This document shows positions 1 to 8,371 of a stretch of 32,000 nucleotides of DNA, piece by piece; position 1 is the first letter of the stretch, and each line of letters begins with the position of its first letter. A program made the position numbers and the translations under genes. Source of the stretch: an uncultured Chloroflexia bacterium (GTDB lineage: Bacteria; Chloroflexota; Ktedonobacteria; Ktedonobacterales; JADMIN01). The notes beneath the pieces are model-generated. The model saw only the letters and a program-made list of their open reading frames with translations. It was not told the origin of the DNA and did not search any database. The DNA lies in contig CAVRAI010000001.1 of NCBI GenBank assembly GCA_963718915.1, positions 330,001 to 362,000 on the forward strand, read 5' to 3'.

Positions 1-344
1 GCAGGCCGCTCCGCCACGGAACATGGGCGACGGTCTATCGCGTCGGCGCGGTCGGCGGTGGGATGCTGATGCCACTGGCGCTCCGGCTACCGGCGCAGTT
101 GCGCGGGCGTCCGGTTGGGCGGGCGCTCTCGATCATGGCGGCGACGCTGACGCTGGCAGGCGCGGTGGCCGAGCGATTCGCCATCGTCGAGGCGGGCAAG
201 CAGTCGGCGGATGATCCCTACGCCTATCAGGAATTCACCTCAGGCAAGGTCGGTTCCGGCCGCCCCACGCCGGAGCAGCAGGCGTTAATGGCCCCCAAAA
301 CGAAAGCTGCGAAACCCCACATCGCCGCGAAGGATACACGGTGA
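1..344 (+). CDS. 3' end of a gene entering from upstream; C-terminal fragment of a membrane protein (possibly NrfD/PsrC-like)
   Basis: Frame 3 is open from the window edge to TGA 342-344; ORF 63..344 is its tail. It has a hydrophobic 'IMAATLTLAGAVAERFAIVEAGKQSADDP' segment followed by a polar tail. The family guess rests on remembered similar C-termini only. Confidence 0.35.
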   Translation, partial: RPLRHGTWATVYRVGAVGGGMLMPLALRLPAQLRGRPVGRALSIMAATLTLAGAVAERFAIVEAGKQSADDPYAYQEFTSGKVGSGRPTPEQQALMAPKTKAAKPHIAAKDTR

Positions 345-599
345 TGGTATTGCCTGTGGCGCAAATGACAGAATGCGCGATCTCACCCTCGAACTCGCGA
401 GCGAGCCATCTAAATGAGCCATATCACCTCCGATATCCCACGCTTGCATACAGGCAATGATTATGACATACTGGCGCTGATGCGGCCAGCGGCGCCCTAC
501 GCTCCTGCGAAGAAAGCCCCGTGACCTCAGCGGCGGTGCGGTGTCAGCTTGAGCAATGTTCCTCTTGTTTATGAAGCTAATTGTTACCAGGAGAATTGC

Positions 600-2122
600 A
601 TGCCGAAGGTCTTCATCTCCTACCGGAGGAGCGATAGTATAAGCGCCACTGGGCGCATCTATGACCGCCTGACCAGCCACTTTAGCAAGCAAGATGTATT
701 CATGGATGTGGACAATATCCCCGCAGGCGTGCGCTTTTCGGACTACATCCAAGGCTCCCTGCGTGAGTGCATGCTAGAACTGGTCATCATTGGCCGCGAG
801 TGGGCGACAGTTAGTACTAGCGTTGGCAGGAGACTAGACGATCCGCAGGATTTAGTACGCCAGGAGATTGAAGTGGGGCTAGCTCTCGGCCTCACTGTAC
901 TCCCCGTACTTGTTGAAGGTGCCAGTATGCCTACGAAGGCAAATCTGCCAGAGTCGCTGGGCGAACTGAGCGAGATCAATGCGATCAAGGTAGATAACGA
1001 TCCGGACTTTAGTCGGGATATGGAGCGATTGGTGTGGGTGATAGAGCAGGTGTTTGCTGCGCGAACATCAAGCTTATCACAACCGGCCAACGAGGCGGTA
1101 GGGGCAGCCGCCCACGTCGGCGTGGAATGTTGGGAGGTCGTGGCGAGTCCCACCAGCAATATGCTGCTCTGTATCGCGTTGATCTCTGCAAGCGAAGGCT
1201 GGGCAGTAGGAGCGAGGGGAACGATCCTGCACTATCGCGGAGGTCAATGGCTTGACTGGATGAATGAACCGAAGCCAACACGGTCGGCGGTACCTACCTC
1301 CAAAGACCTCACCAGTGTCGTGATGGTCTCCCACAGCGAGGGCTGGGCTGTGGGACATGGTCATGTAATCCTCCATTATGATGGAGGAGAGTGGAAGGCA
1401 ACGGTTTCTACTATCGGTGATTTCAGCAAGAGGCTGATTCGTAATGTGTCAAAATATGTGCTATTGGATATCACTGGTCCCAATTACAGTGACTTCAGCA
1501 GTATAGCGCGGGCTTCCACCACCGACGTCTGGGCAGTCGGAAAGAGATCGACATATTTGGGATCTGGATGGCCAATCAGTCATCAATCAGTCATTATAGT
1601 GGACAGGCTTGGGAACAGTTAAAAGTTTACGTCCAGCAAAAGCGGCTCTTCGGTATGACGTACACGTGGGTCTCTGCTCACGATCTCACCAGTATCACAA
1701 TGGTTTCTCCGAGGGAAGGCTGGGCAGTCGGCGAGAAGGGAATGATCCTCCATTATACTGGGAATAACTGGTACAAGATGCGAAGTCCCACTACCGCCAA
1801 CCTCACCAGTATCATGATGCTCTCTGCTGGGGGGGGTTGGGCGGTCGGCGAGAAGGGGACGATCCTTCAGTACACGGGAGGGCAGTGGCGACAGGTGGCA
1901 AGCCCCACCTCCGCGTATCTCACCAGCATAGCGATGGTCTCCGCCGACGAGGGTTGGGCGGTTGGATTTGCTGGGACAATCCTGCACCACGCTCAGGGAA
2001 AGTGGATAGCGGCGAATAGTCCCACAACGAAAGACCTCTATGGTGTGGCGATGGTCTCCGCCGACGAGGGTTGGGCGGTTGGTAATGATGGGACGATTCT
2101 ACACTACACCACAGGCACCTAG
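600..2122 (+). pseudogene. TIR-domain protein fused to a 7-bladed beta-propeller, frame broken by an 11-bp tandem duplication
   Basis: ORFs 549..1622 and 1568..2122 are one gene. ATG 600 is preceded by AGGAG. 'KVFISYRRSDS' marks a TIR_2-type domain with a conserved Glu in 'VRQEIE' (codon 864-866). Seven repeats 'LTSI.MVS..EGWAVG..GTILHY.GG.W' follow. Deleting one copy of the 1573-1594 duplication gives a continuous 503-codon ORF reading '...GSGWPISHYSGQAWEQL...'. Confidence 0.8.
1573..1594. repeat. perfect 11-bp tandem duplication caatcagtcat x2
   Basis: 1573-1583 and 1584-1594 are identical. The length is not a multiple of 3, and this is the exact point of the frame change in the TIR-propeller gene. 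Confidence 0.95.
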
Positions 2123-2181
2123 AGCAATCTGTACCAAGTCTGATTCGGACATTTGAAAAGGAGTCTTGTGAGCTACGCAGT

Positions 2182-3087
2182 TCACGGGACTTTGCCCTCA
2201 CTCGCATTGGCCTCGGCGGTGTTGAGGACGCCAGCGACCGCGCGCAGAAACGGCCCCGGCTGCTGGAGGAAAGGCAGGTGGCCCGCGTCGGGCAGCGCCA
2301 CCATAACCGCGCCGTGCTCGCCCAGCGCCTCCGCCGCCCGCTGCGTATCCGCCTCCGTCACCAGCGCGTCGAGCGAACCGCGGAGCACGATGGCGGGCGG
2401 CGTCACCGTCTTCGCCGTCGTCATCAATTCCTCGCGGGAGCTGTCGAGGCTGCGCCAGAGGGCAGCGAAGGCCGCCACCGACGCGGGATAATCGTCGCGG
2501 GCGCGTTGCTCGCGGCGCCGCAGGGCGATCTCGGTCGTCAGCGGCGTATTCGGCCCCAGCGCCAGCGAGGTCAGGATCGGCTCCAGCCGCCGCAACAGCG
2601 CCGGATTCCCCAGCGCGCGCCCTGCCAGCCGACCCACACGACCACCAGCGCCAAAGCCGAGCGGGCCGGAAAGCGCCAGCCCCAGCACGCGCTTCGGGTT
2701 TGCCGCCGCGTACATGAGCGCCGCCGTCGCGCCGATGCCGTTGCCCAGCAGCACCGCGCGCGCGATGCCAAGACTGTCGATCCAGCCAGCGAGCGTCTCC
2801 GCATAGCTGGCCGCGCTATACGTGAACGCGGTGGGCGCGGGCTTCTCGGAGGCGCCGAAGCCGGGCCAGTCGAGGATGAAGACACGCCGTTCGGAGGCGA
2901 AGTGTTCGAGGATGGTCGTGTAGTCCTGCCAGGCGAACGCGGCGGCGGGCAGCACGATCAGCGGCGCCCGCGCCAGCAGTGCACGCGGGGTATCATTCAT
3001 CGCCGACGCCAGCCGCACGCCACGCACCGCGACGCCACGCTCGACCAGCTTGACGCCTGGCTCCGTCGCCGACGACTCCGAACTCAT
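2182..3087 (-). CDS. alpha/beta-hydrolase-fold protein with degenerate catalytic motifs
   Basis: 301-aa ORF with 'FILDWPGFGASEKP', 'GSLDALV' and 'LPDAGHLPFLQQP', typical of the fold. The nucleophile elbow reads GNGIG (2731-2745) instead of G-x-S-x-G. Confidence 0.75.
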   Translation of the reverse strand: MSSESSATEPGVKLVERGVAVRGVRLASAMNDTPRALLARAPLIVLPAAAFAWQDYTTILEHFASERRVFILDWPGFGASEKPAPTAFTYSAASYAETLAGWIDSLGIARAVLLGNGIGATAALMYAAANPKRVLGLALSGPLGFGAGGRVGRLAGRALGNPALLRRLEPILTSLALGPNTPLTTEIALRRREQRARDDYPASVAAFAALWRSLDSSREELMTTAKTVTPPAIVLRGSLDALVTEADTQRAAEALGEHGAVMVALPDAGHLPFLQQPGPFLRAVAGVLNTAEANASEGKVP

Positions 3088-3103
3088 GGTCGCTCCATCT
3101 CAC

Positions 3104-3823
3104 CTAGATTGCGTAGTCGTTGCCCGATTCCTCATCCCATTGCGGTTCCAGCTCCTTGGCCGAGCCGGGGCGAATCTGCAGACGCGCTGGTTGCGCCATC
3201 ACCACCGAGCATGGAGGCAGCGATTCGAGCACCAGCGCCATCGCGCCGATTTTGCTGTCGTGCCCAACGGTGATTGGCCCCAGGATCGACGCGCCGACGC
3301 CAATCGTGACGTTATCCTCGATGGTCGGGTGACGCTTGACACGCCCATCGCCGCGATGCTTCCACCAGCCGGTCGCGCCGAGCGTGACCTGATGATACAA
3401 CATCACGTTATCGCCAATCTCCGCCGTCTCGCCGATCACCACACCGGTACCGTGGTCGATAAAGAAGCGCCGTCCGATACGCGCGCCCGGATGAATCTCG
3501 ATGCCACCAGTCACCAGACGGGCAATCTGAGAGATCAGCCGTGGAATGAATGGCACATGGCGCAGGTAGAGCGCGTGGGCGAGGCGGTGCAGCAGAACCG
3601 CATGCAGCCCCTGATAGGTGAGCGCCTCGAAGATATTACACGCCGCCGGGTCTTTCTCGAAAATGACATCGATATCGTCGGGCCAGCGGGTACGCTGACG
3701 CGGAACCGCGACGGGAGCCTGGGCGGCAGCCTGGACGGCCGCTGCCGTGGCGGGCGGACTCGCGCCATTCTGTGACGCGCCATCCAGCGAGGCGCGGTCG
3801 GTCAGTGACGATGGTTGTGGCAT
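3104..3823 (-). CDS. cysE: serine O-acetyltransferase
   Basis: '[31 protein letters not shown]...[43 protein letters not shown]...[20 protein letters not shown]' gives the SAT N-terminal motif plus hexapeptide repeats. The start is set at ATG 3823, 6 nt after AAGGAGG; the longer ORF to 3955 lacks an RBS. Confidence 0.9.
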   Translation of the reverse strand: MPQPSSLTDRASLDGASQNGASPPATAAAVQAAAQAPVAVPRQRTRWPDDIDVIFEKDPAACNIFEALTYQGLHAVLLHRLAHALYLRHVPFIPRLISQIARLVTGGIEIHPGARIGRRFFIDHGTGVVIGETAEIGDNVMLYHQVTLGATGWWKHRGDGRVKRHPTIEDNVTIGVGASILGPITVGHDSKIGAMALVLESLPPCSVVMAQPARLQIRPGSAKELEPQWDEESGNDYAI

Positions 3824-3907
3824 GGCGCCCTCCTTCCCCCAATGAATCGAGACTGCGCGCACCCCCTTGTACCAGCTGTGCGGCGATCCGTATGATTCAC
3901 AAAGTGA

Positions 3908-3936
3908 AGTGTAGCCCGCGCCGATAGGCACGTCAA
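3908..3936 (-). promoter_or_regulatory. candidate sigma70-type promoter of cysE
   Basis: On the minus strand: TTGACG (3936-3931), a 17-nt spacer, then TACACT (3913-3908), about 85 nt upstream of the cysE ATG. Confidence 0.3.
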
Positions 3937-4139
3937 GGCAGTTGCTGCTCCGCATGGCATCTACACGTCCGACGATGCCCTGATCTGCTGGGAATAGCGG
4001 TGAAATCCTCTCTACTTTCGTGTTAGGCTACCAACTGGAGCCTCCTCAGAGAGAAATGATCTAGTAGGATGGAGCCACAGCGCTCCCTTCGACATCCCAA
4101 CACCATTCATATCCCGAACACCACAAAGGAGTATCCCAC

Positions 4140-4595
4140 ATGCCAGCAGACGACGAGAAGACGACACAGAAGCCCACAAAGGCGTCCAGGGGATTCACGG
4201 ACGAAGAAAAAGCTGCGATGAGGGAGCGCGCCCAGGAGCAGAAGGCGGCGGAGGGCAGGGCGGAGGGCGAGCGCGACGTGATCGAGAAGATCGCCGCGAT
4301 GTCAGCTCCTGATCGCGCCATGGCCGAGCGGCTGCACGCGGTCATCACCGCCAGCGCGCCAGCCCTCTCGCCGAAGACCTGGTACGGGATGCCCGCCTAC
4401 GCCAACAAGGACGGCAAGATCGTCTGCTTCTTCCAACCCGCCGAGAAGTTCAAGACGAGGTACGCGACGCTGGGCTTCAACGACAGCGCGAACCTCGACG
4501 ACGGCGGCATGTGGCCATCCGCCTTCGCGCTGAAGGAGTTGACTGCCGCCGAAGAGGCAAAGATCGCCGCGCTCGTGAAGAAAGCGGTGAACTGA
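4140..4595 (+). CDS. DUF1801 (YdhG-like) domain protein with a Lys/Glu-rich N-terminal extension
   Basis: 151-aa ORF with an AAGGAG-like RBS. The '[35 protein letters not shown]' core is typical of DUF1801/YdhG-like proteins. Confidence 0.7.
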   Translation: MPADDEKTTQKPTKASRGFTDEEKAAMRERAQEQKAAEGRAEGERDVIEKIAAMSAPDRAMAERLHAVITASAPALSPKTWYGMPAYANKDGKIVCFFQPAEKFKTRYATLGFNDSANLDDGGMWPSAFALKELTAAEEAKIAALVKKAVN

Positions 4596-4670
4596 GGGCG
4601 CGCCGCCTGCCCTGGCTTACGGGTCGCGACGGGCTACCGATTAAGACGACGACGACAGCGGATGGATATC

Positions 4671-4702
4671 GCCCACCTTCCCTGGAGGTGGGCTGCGATT
4701 TT
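4671..4702 (+). terminator. candidate intrinsic terminator after the DUF1801 gene
   Basis: 8-bp GC-rich stem gcccacct/aggtgggc (4671-4678 and 4686-4693) with a 7-nt loop. TTTT lies at 4699-4702, but 5 nt after the stem, so the terminator is weak. Confidence 0.3.
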
Positions 4703-4958
4703 CCCTCACCACCACTCACGAAAATATGAAGTCCAGCGCGATGAAGTGGTACGTCGCGACCTGGGACATTGCCGCAGCGCCTCGACTCCCTGCTGTTTTC
4801 CAGCTTTGTTGCTTCAACTGCCAGACGCGCTTTCGTACTCATGGCGTCTGCGTAGCTTCGCTTTTGCCCTCTACTCAATGGTCGGTAATGGGCTATAATA
4901 GCGCGTACCGCCTTGCGTATATACGTATGTGCACTCGTCGCCGAAAGGATTGCCCGCC

Positions 4959-5471
4959 ATGTCTGTCGTGCCCGATGCGTCGCACGTGACGCTGCGCAGC
5001 GCGAGCGCCAGCCAAACCCACCGGCTCGGCGCGCTGCTGGGCGGGCTGTTACAAACAGGCGATGTCGTGCTGCTGGAGGGGCCGCTCGGCGCGGGCAAGA
5101 CGGCGCTGACGCAGGGCATTGGCGCGGGGCTGGGCATTCGCGAGACGATCAACAGTCCGACCTTCACGCTGCTCAAAGAATATGTGGGCCGCCTGCCACT
5201 CTATCACTTCGACCTGTATCGCATCGACGACCCCGACGAACTGTTCGCGCTCGGCTTCGAGGACTACTTCGAGGGCGAGGGTGTCTGTGTCGTCGAATGG
5301 GCCGACCGCGGCATCGCGGCGGATGGCGCGACGCTCTGGCCCGCGAACTGGCTGCGCATTGCCATCGCGGCGGATGGTGGAACGAAACGCGCACTGGCCT
5401 GCACTGCCAGCGGCGCGCGCGGCGAGGCGCTGCTACCGGCGTTTGTGACCGCCGCCGAGGGAGGTCGCTAA
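4959..5471 (+). CDS. tsaE: tRNA t6A37 biosynthesis ATPase TsaE
   Basis: Contains 'VVLLEGPLGAGKTALTQGI...INSPTFTLLKEY...LYHFDLYRI...EWADR'. The start is taken at ATG 4959 (MSVVPD) after AAAGGA. Confidence 0.9.
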   Translation: MSVVPDASHVTLRSASASQTHRLGALLGGLLQTGDVVLLEGPLGAGKTALTQGIGAGLGIRETINSPTFTLLKEYVGRLPLYHFDLYRIDDPDELFALGFEDYFEGEGVCVVEWADRGIAADGATLWPANWLRIAIAADGGTKRALACTASGARGEALLPAFVTAAEGGR

Positions 5472-5474
5472 CCC

Positions 5475-6263
5475 ATGCTGCTCGCCTTCGACACCTCCAC
5501 CAGCGTCGCCAGCGTCGCCCTCGTCACGGGCACGACGGACGATGCGCGGCTCGTGGCCGAATTGACATGGCAGGTGGGCCAGCGTCACAGCACCGAGCTA
5601 CTGGAGCGGATCGAGTGGCTGCTGGCGGCGTCGCGCCTGACGATGAACGACCTGACTGGTGTCGCGGTGGCGCTCGGTCCCGGCTCGTTCAACGGCGTGC
5701 GGGTGGCGCTGGCGACGGCCAAATCGCTCGCCTTCGCGCGCGGGGCGCCGCTCTTCGGTGTGCCGACGCTTGACATCATCGCCTGGGGACATCGCCTCGT
5801 CGGCGGCGCCATTTGCGCTATACTGGAGGCGGGACGCGGGCAAATTTATGCCGCGATCTACGACGCGGCCCGACCCGACGCCGCACACTGGGAACCTGTC
5901 GCTGGCTATATGGTGTTGACAGCCGCCGAACTTGCTGCGCAGATTCATGGAGAGGCATTTTGCTGCGGCGAGATGTCGCCCGAGACGCGCGCAACGCTGG
6001 CTCAGGCGCTCGGTAGCCGGTTTCAGGTAACGTCGGCGCTGGATGAGCGCCGGGCGGGCTGGCTGGCGGAGCTGGCGCTGGCGCGGTCCGCTGCTCAGCG
6101 CTATGATGATCTTATGGCGCTGGAGCCACTCTACCTCCGGCGACCAGCCATCACGACCAGCACGCGCCGGAGGCTTCCGACGCCAGAAGAGGGCGCCGAC
6201 GAGGCGGCAGGCGAGACGACCGTGCAGGGTAGCGCAACAATGCGCCGAGAGGAGAGAGACTAG
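5475..6263 (+). CDS. tsaB: tRNA t6A37 biosynthesis protein TsaB
   Basis: 'MLLAFDTSTSVASVALV...GVAVALGPGSFNGVRVALATAKSLA' is the TsaB/YeaZ signature. GGAGG lies upstream, and the gene abuts tsaE. Confidence 0.9.
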   Translation: MLLAFDTSTSVASVALVTGTTDDARLVAELTWQVGQRHSTELLERIEWLLAASRLTMNDLTGVAVALGPGSFNGVRVALATAKSLAFARGAPLFGVPTLDIIAWGHRLVGGAICAILEAGRGQIYAAIYDAARPDAAHWEPVAGYMVLTAAELAAQIHGEAFCCGEMSPETRATLAQALGSRFQVTSALDERRAGWLAELALARSAAQRYDDLMALEPLYLRRPAITTSTRRRLPTPEEGADEAAGETTVQGSATMRREERD

Positions 6264-6266
6264 CAG

Positions 6267-6935
6267 ATGCGCTACGTCGTGAACCGGATGACGCTGGCGG
6301 ATATCCCGCGGGTGATCGAGATCGAGAAGCTTGCCTATTCCTCTACCTGGCCAGCCAGTTCATATCGCAAGGAATTGCAGGATAACCCGTTGGCCCACTA
6401 CATTGTCGAGCGCGATACCCAGATGCCCATCCAGGTCGGGAGCGATAGCCCATCCGATTCGGGGCGGCGGCCGTTTCCGCTCTCGTTGCTGGCGCGGCCG
6501 CAACCACAACAGCCGTTAGAGATCACCAACATTGTTGGATTCGCGGGCCTCTGGCTGATGGTGGATGAGGCGCATATCACAACCATCGCCACCCATCCCG
6601 ACTACCGCCGACGCGGCCTCGGCGAGCTGCTGCTGACCTCGCTCATCGACATCGCCTATGATATCGGCGCGCGTCAGGTGACGCTGGAGGTGCGCGTCAC
6701 CAATTCCGTTGCGCAGAACCTCTACCACAAGTACGGGTTCCGCGAGCAGGGCGTCCGTCGGCGCTATTACAGTGATAATGGAGAAGACGCGCTCATCATG
6801 TGGACCGAAGATATCATGTCAAATCAGTATCGCGAGCGCTATTTCCATCTGACGCAGGCGCTGTCGGCGCGGCTGGCCGCCGAGGAGAAAGACAAGGGCA
6901 CCGACGCCACCAGTGGCGCTGCCCAACCAGCCTGA
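6267..6935 (+). CDS. rimI: ribosomal-protein-alanine N-acetyltransferase (GNAT), with an internal insertion and a C-terminal tail
   Basis: Contains 'IEIEKLAYSSTWPASSYRKEL...IATHPDYRRRGLGELLL...LEVRVTNSVAQNLYHKYGF'. It sits in the conserved position between tsaB and tsaD. Confidence 0.85.
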   Translation: MRYVVNRMTLADIPRVIEIEKLAYSSTWPASSYRKELQDNPLAHYIVERDTQMPIQVGSDSPSDSGRRPFPLSLLARPQPQQPLEITNIVGFAGLWLMVDEAHITTIATHPDYRRRGLGELLLTSLIDIAYDIGARQVTLEVRVTNSVAQNLYHKYGFREQGVRRRYYSDNGEDALIMWTEDIMSNQYRERYFHLTQALSARLAAEEKDKGTDATSGAAQPA

Positions 6936-6976
6936 ATCTGGCAGTCACACCATCGGTCATCAGGAAAGTATCTCCC

Positions 6977-8089
6977 ATGCGCATTCTGGCAATCGAAAGC
7001 TCCTGCGATGAGACCGGCGCGGCCGTCGTCGAGCATGGCCGCATCATCTGCTCCAACGTCGTCGCCTCGCAGGCTAGCATCCACGAGCGCTACGGCGGCG
7101 TCGTGCCCGAGGTGGCCTCGCGCCACCAGCTGGATGCGCTGATTCCGGTGGTCGAGGCGGCGCTACGTGAGGCGTCAGTCACCTGGGACGCTATCGACGC
7201 TATCGCGGCGACGTACGGGCCGGGGCTGGCTGGCTCGCTGCTGGTTGGTCTGACGGGCGGCAAGGCGCTGGCGCTGGCGCGTGGGCTGCCATTCATCGGC
7301 GTCAACCACCTGGAGGCGCACATCTACGCCAACTGGCTGCGCGATACCCCCGGCGAGCCACCTGATAGCCTCGATGATGCATGGCCTGGCGATCCGCGCT
7401 TCCCCTTGCTGGCGCTGGTCATTTCGGGCGCGCATAGCGAGTTGGTCTCGATTCCCCGCCACGGGCGCTACGAGCTGCTCGGCCAGACACGCGACGACGC
7501 GGCGGGTGAGGCGTTCGACAAGGTGGCGCGGGTGATGGGCCTGGGCTATCCCGGTGGCCCGGCGATCCAGCACGCCGCCGCAGAGCGCGACCCTTCGCGG
7601 AAAAATCTGCTCCGGCTGCCCCGCGCCTGGCTCAACGGTACGTGGGACTTCAGCTTCAGCGGGCTGAAGACGGCGGCGCTGCATCTGGTGGAGGGCGCGC
7701 AACACGGCGCGGGTGATGGCGCGAGCCGCTATGCGCGTGAGGGCGCGGCGCTGGCTGGTGATCTCTCGATCCCCGATCTGGCGGCAGCGTTTCAGGATGC
7801 GGTGGTGGATGTGCTGGCGACCAAGACAGTGCGCGCGGCGCAGTCGCTGGGCGTGCGCCAGGTGCTGCTGGCGGGAGGCGTCGCGGCCAACGTCGCCCTG
7901 CGCGAGCGGCTCATGCGCGATCTCGCGCCGCTGGGGATCGATCTGCGCTTCCCGCCGGTGGCCCTCTGCACCGACAACGCCGCGATGATCGGCGCCGCCG
8001 CCTGGTTCCATCTGCGGCTGGGCGAGCGCTCCGGCCTAGACCTCGACGTGCGCCCCAACCTGCAACTCCCCTTCGCCGCCACACAATAA
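6977..8089 (+). CDS. tsaD: tRNA N6-adenosine threonylcarbamoyltransferase TsaD
   Basis: 'MRILAIESSCDETGAAVV...VASRHQ...GVNHLEAHI...AGEAFDKVAR.MGLGYPGGP' is present. The start is at ATG 6977, within ORF 6800..8089. Confidence 0.92.
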   Translation: MRILAIESSCDETGAAVVEHGRIICSNVVASQASIHERYGGVVPEVASRHQLDALIPVVEAALREASVTWDAIDAIAATYGPGLAGSLLVGLTGGKALALARGLPFIGVNHLEAHIYANWLRDTPGEPPDSLDDAWPGDPRFPLLALVISGAHSELVSIPRHGRYELLGQTRDDAAGEAFDKVARVMGLGYPGGPAIQHAAAERDPSRKNLLRLPRAWLNGTWDFSFSGLKTAALHLVEGAQHGAGDGASRYAREGAALAGDLSIPDLAAAFQDAVVDVLATKTVRAAQSLGVRQVLLAGGVAANVALRERLMRDLAPLGIDLRFPPVALCTDNAAMIGAAAWFHLRLGERSGLDLDVRPNLQLPFAATQ

Positions 8090-8242
8090 CGTTTGTCGGT
8101 ACAAGTTGGCAGCGTGCTTTCAACTGTGCTCTTCGTTTCAGCACAACCACCACGTTTAAACGATCTCCGCCCCAATAATTATCACCGTCCGCTTCTCATT
8201 ATCTACCAATCCACCACTTTGTAACTCGCATCTACAGACCCC

Positions 8243-8270
8243 TTGACAAATTCTTGTGTATCTGTATACT
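8243..8270 (+). promoter_or_regulatory. candidate sigma70-type promoter of the rhs locus
   Basis: TTGACA (8243-8248), a 16-nt spacer, then TATACT (8265-8270). It sits in the AT-richer 280-bp gap between tsaD and the rhs start (RBS GAGGGAG before ATG 8372). Confidence 0.45.
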
Positions 8271-8371
8271 GGCCTCAAAATACCCCGCGATACGTACGCT
8301 AAATCTCCGCGCAATCCCGCGCGTTGACCAGGATGCTTGTAGACTTTTCAAGGAAATGAGGGAGAGCGATC

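Noticed and set aside
2278-3273. 331-aa plus-strand Arg-rich ORF overlapping the hydrolase and cysE genes. Similar cases are 4913..5773 over tsaE/tsaB, 26244..27032 over the HAD gene and 26838..27734 over grpB.
   Set aside because: These are alternative-frame or antisense readings of well-supported genes. Their composition (poly-Arg/Pro/Ala) is non-protein-like.
4026-4042. tRNA D-arm-like hairpin on the minus strand (GGCTCCAGTTGGTAGCC) in the cysE/DUF1801 intergenic region
   Set aside because: No acceptor stem, anticodon arm or T-arm (GGTTCGA-type) can be built around it. It is not a tRNA.
3824-4139. 316-bp divergent intergenic region upstream of cysE, considered as a riboswitch or T-box leader
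   Set aside because: I could not recognise conserved cores (no T-box 'AGGGUGGNACCGCG'-type sequence and no SAM or other known riboswitch junctions). Only a candidate promoter is reported.
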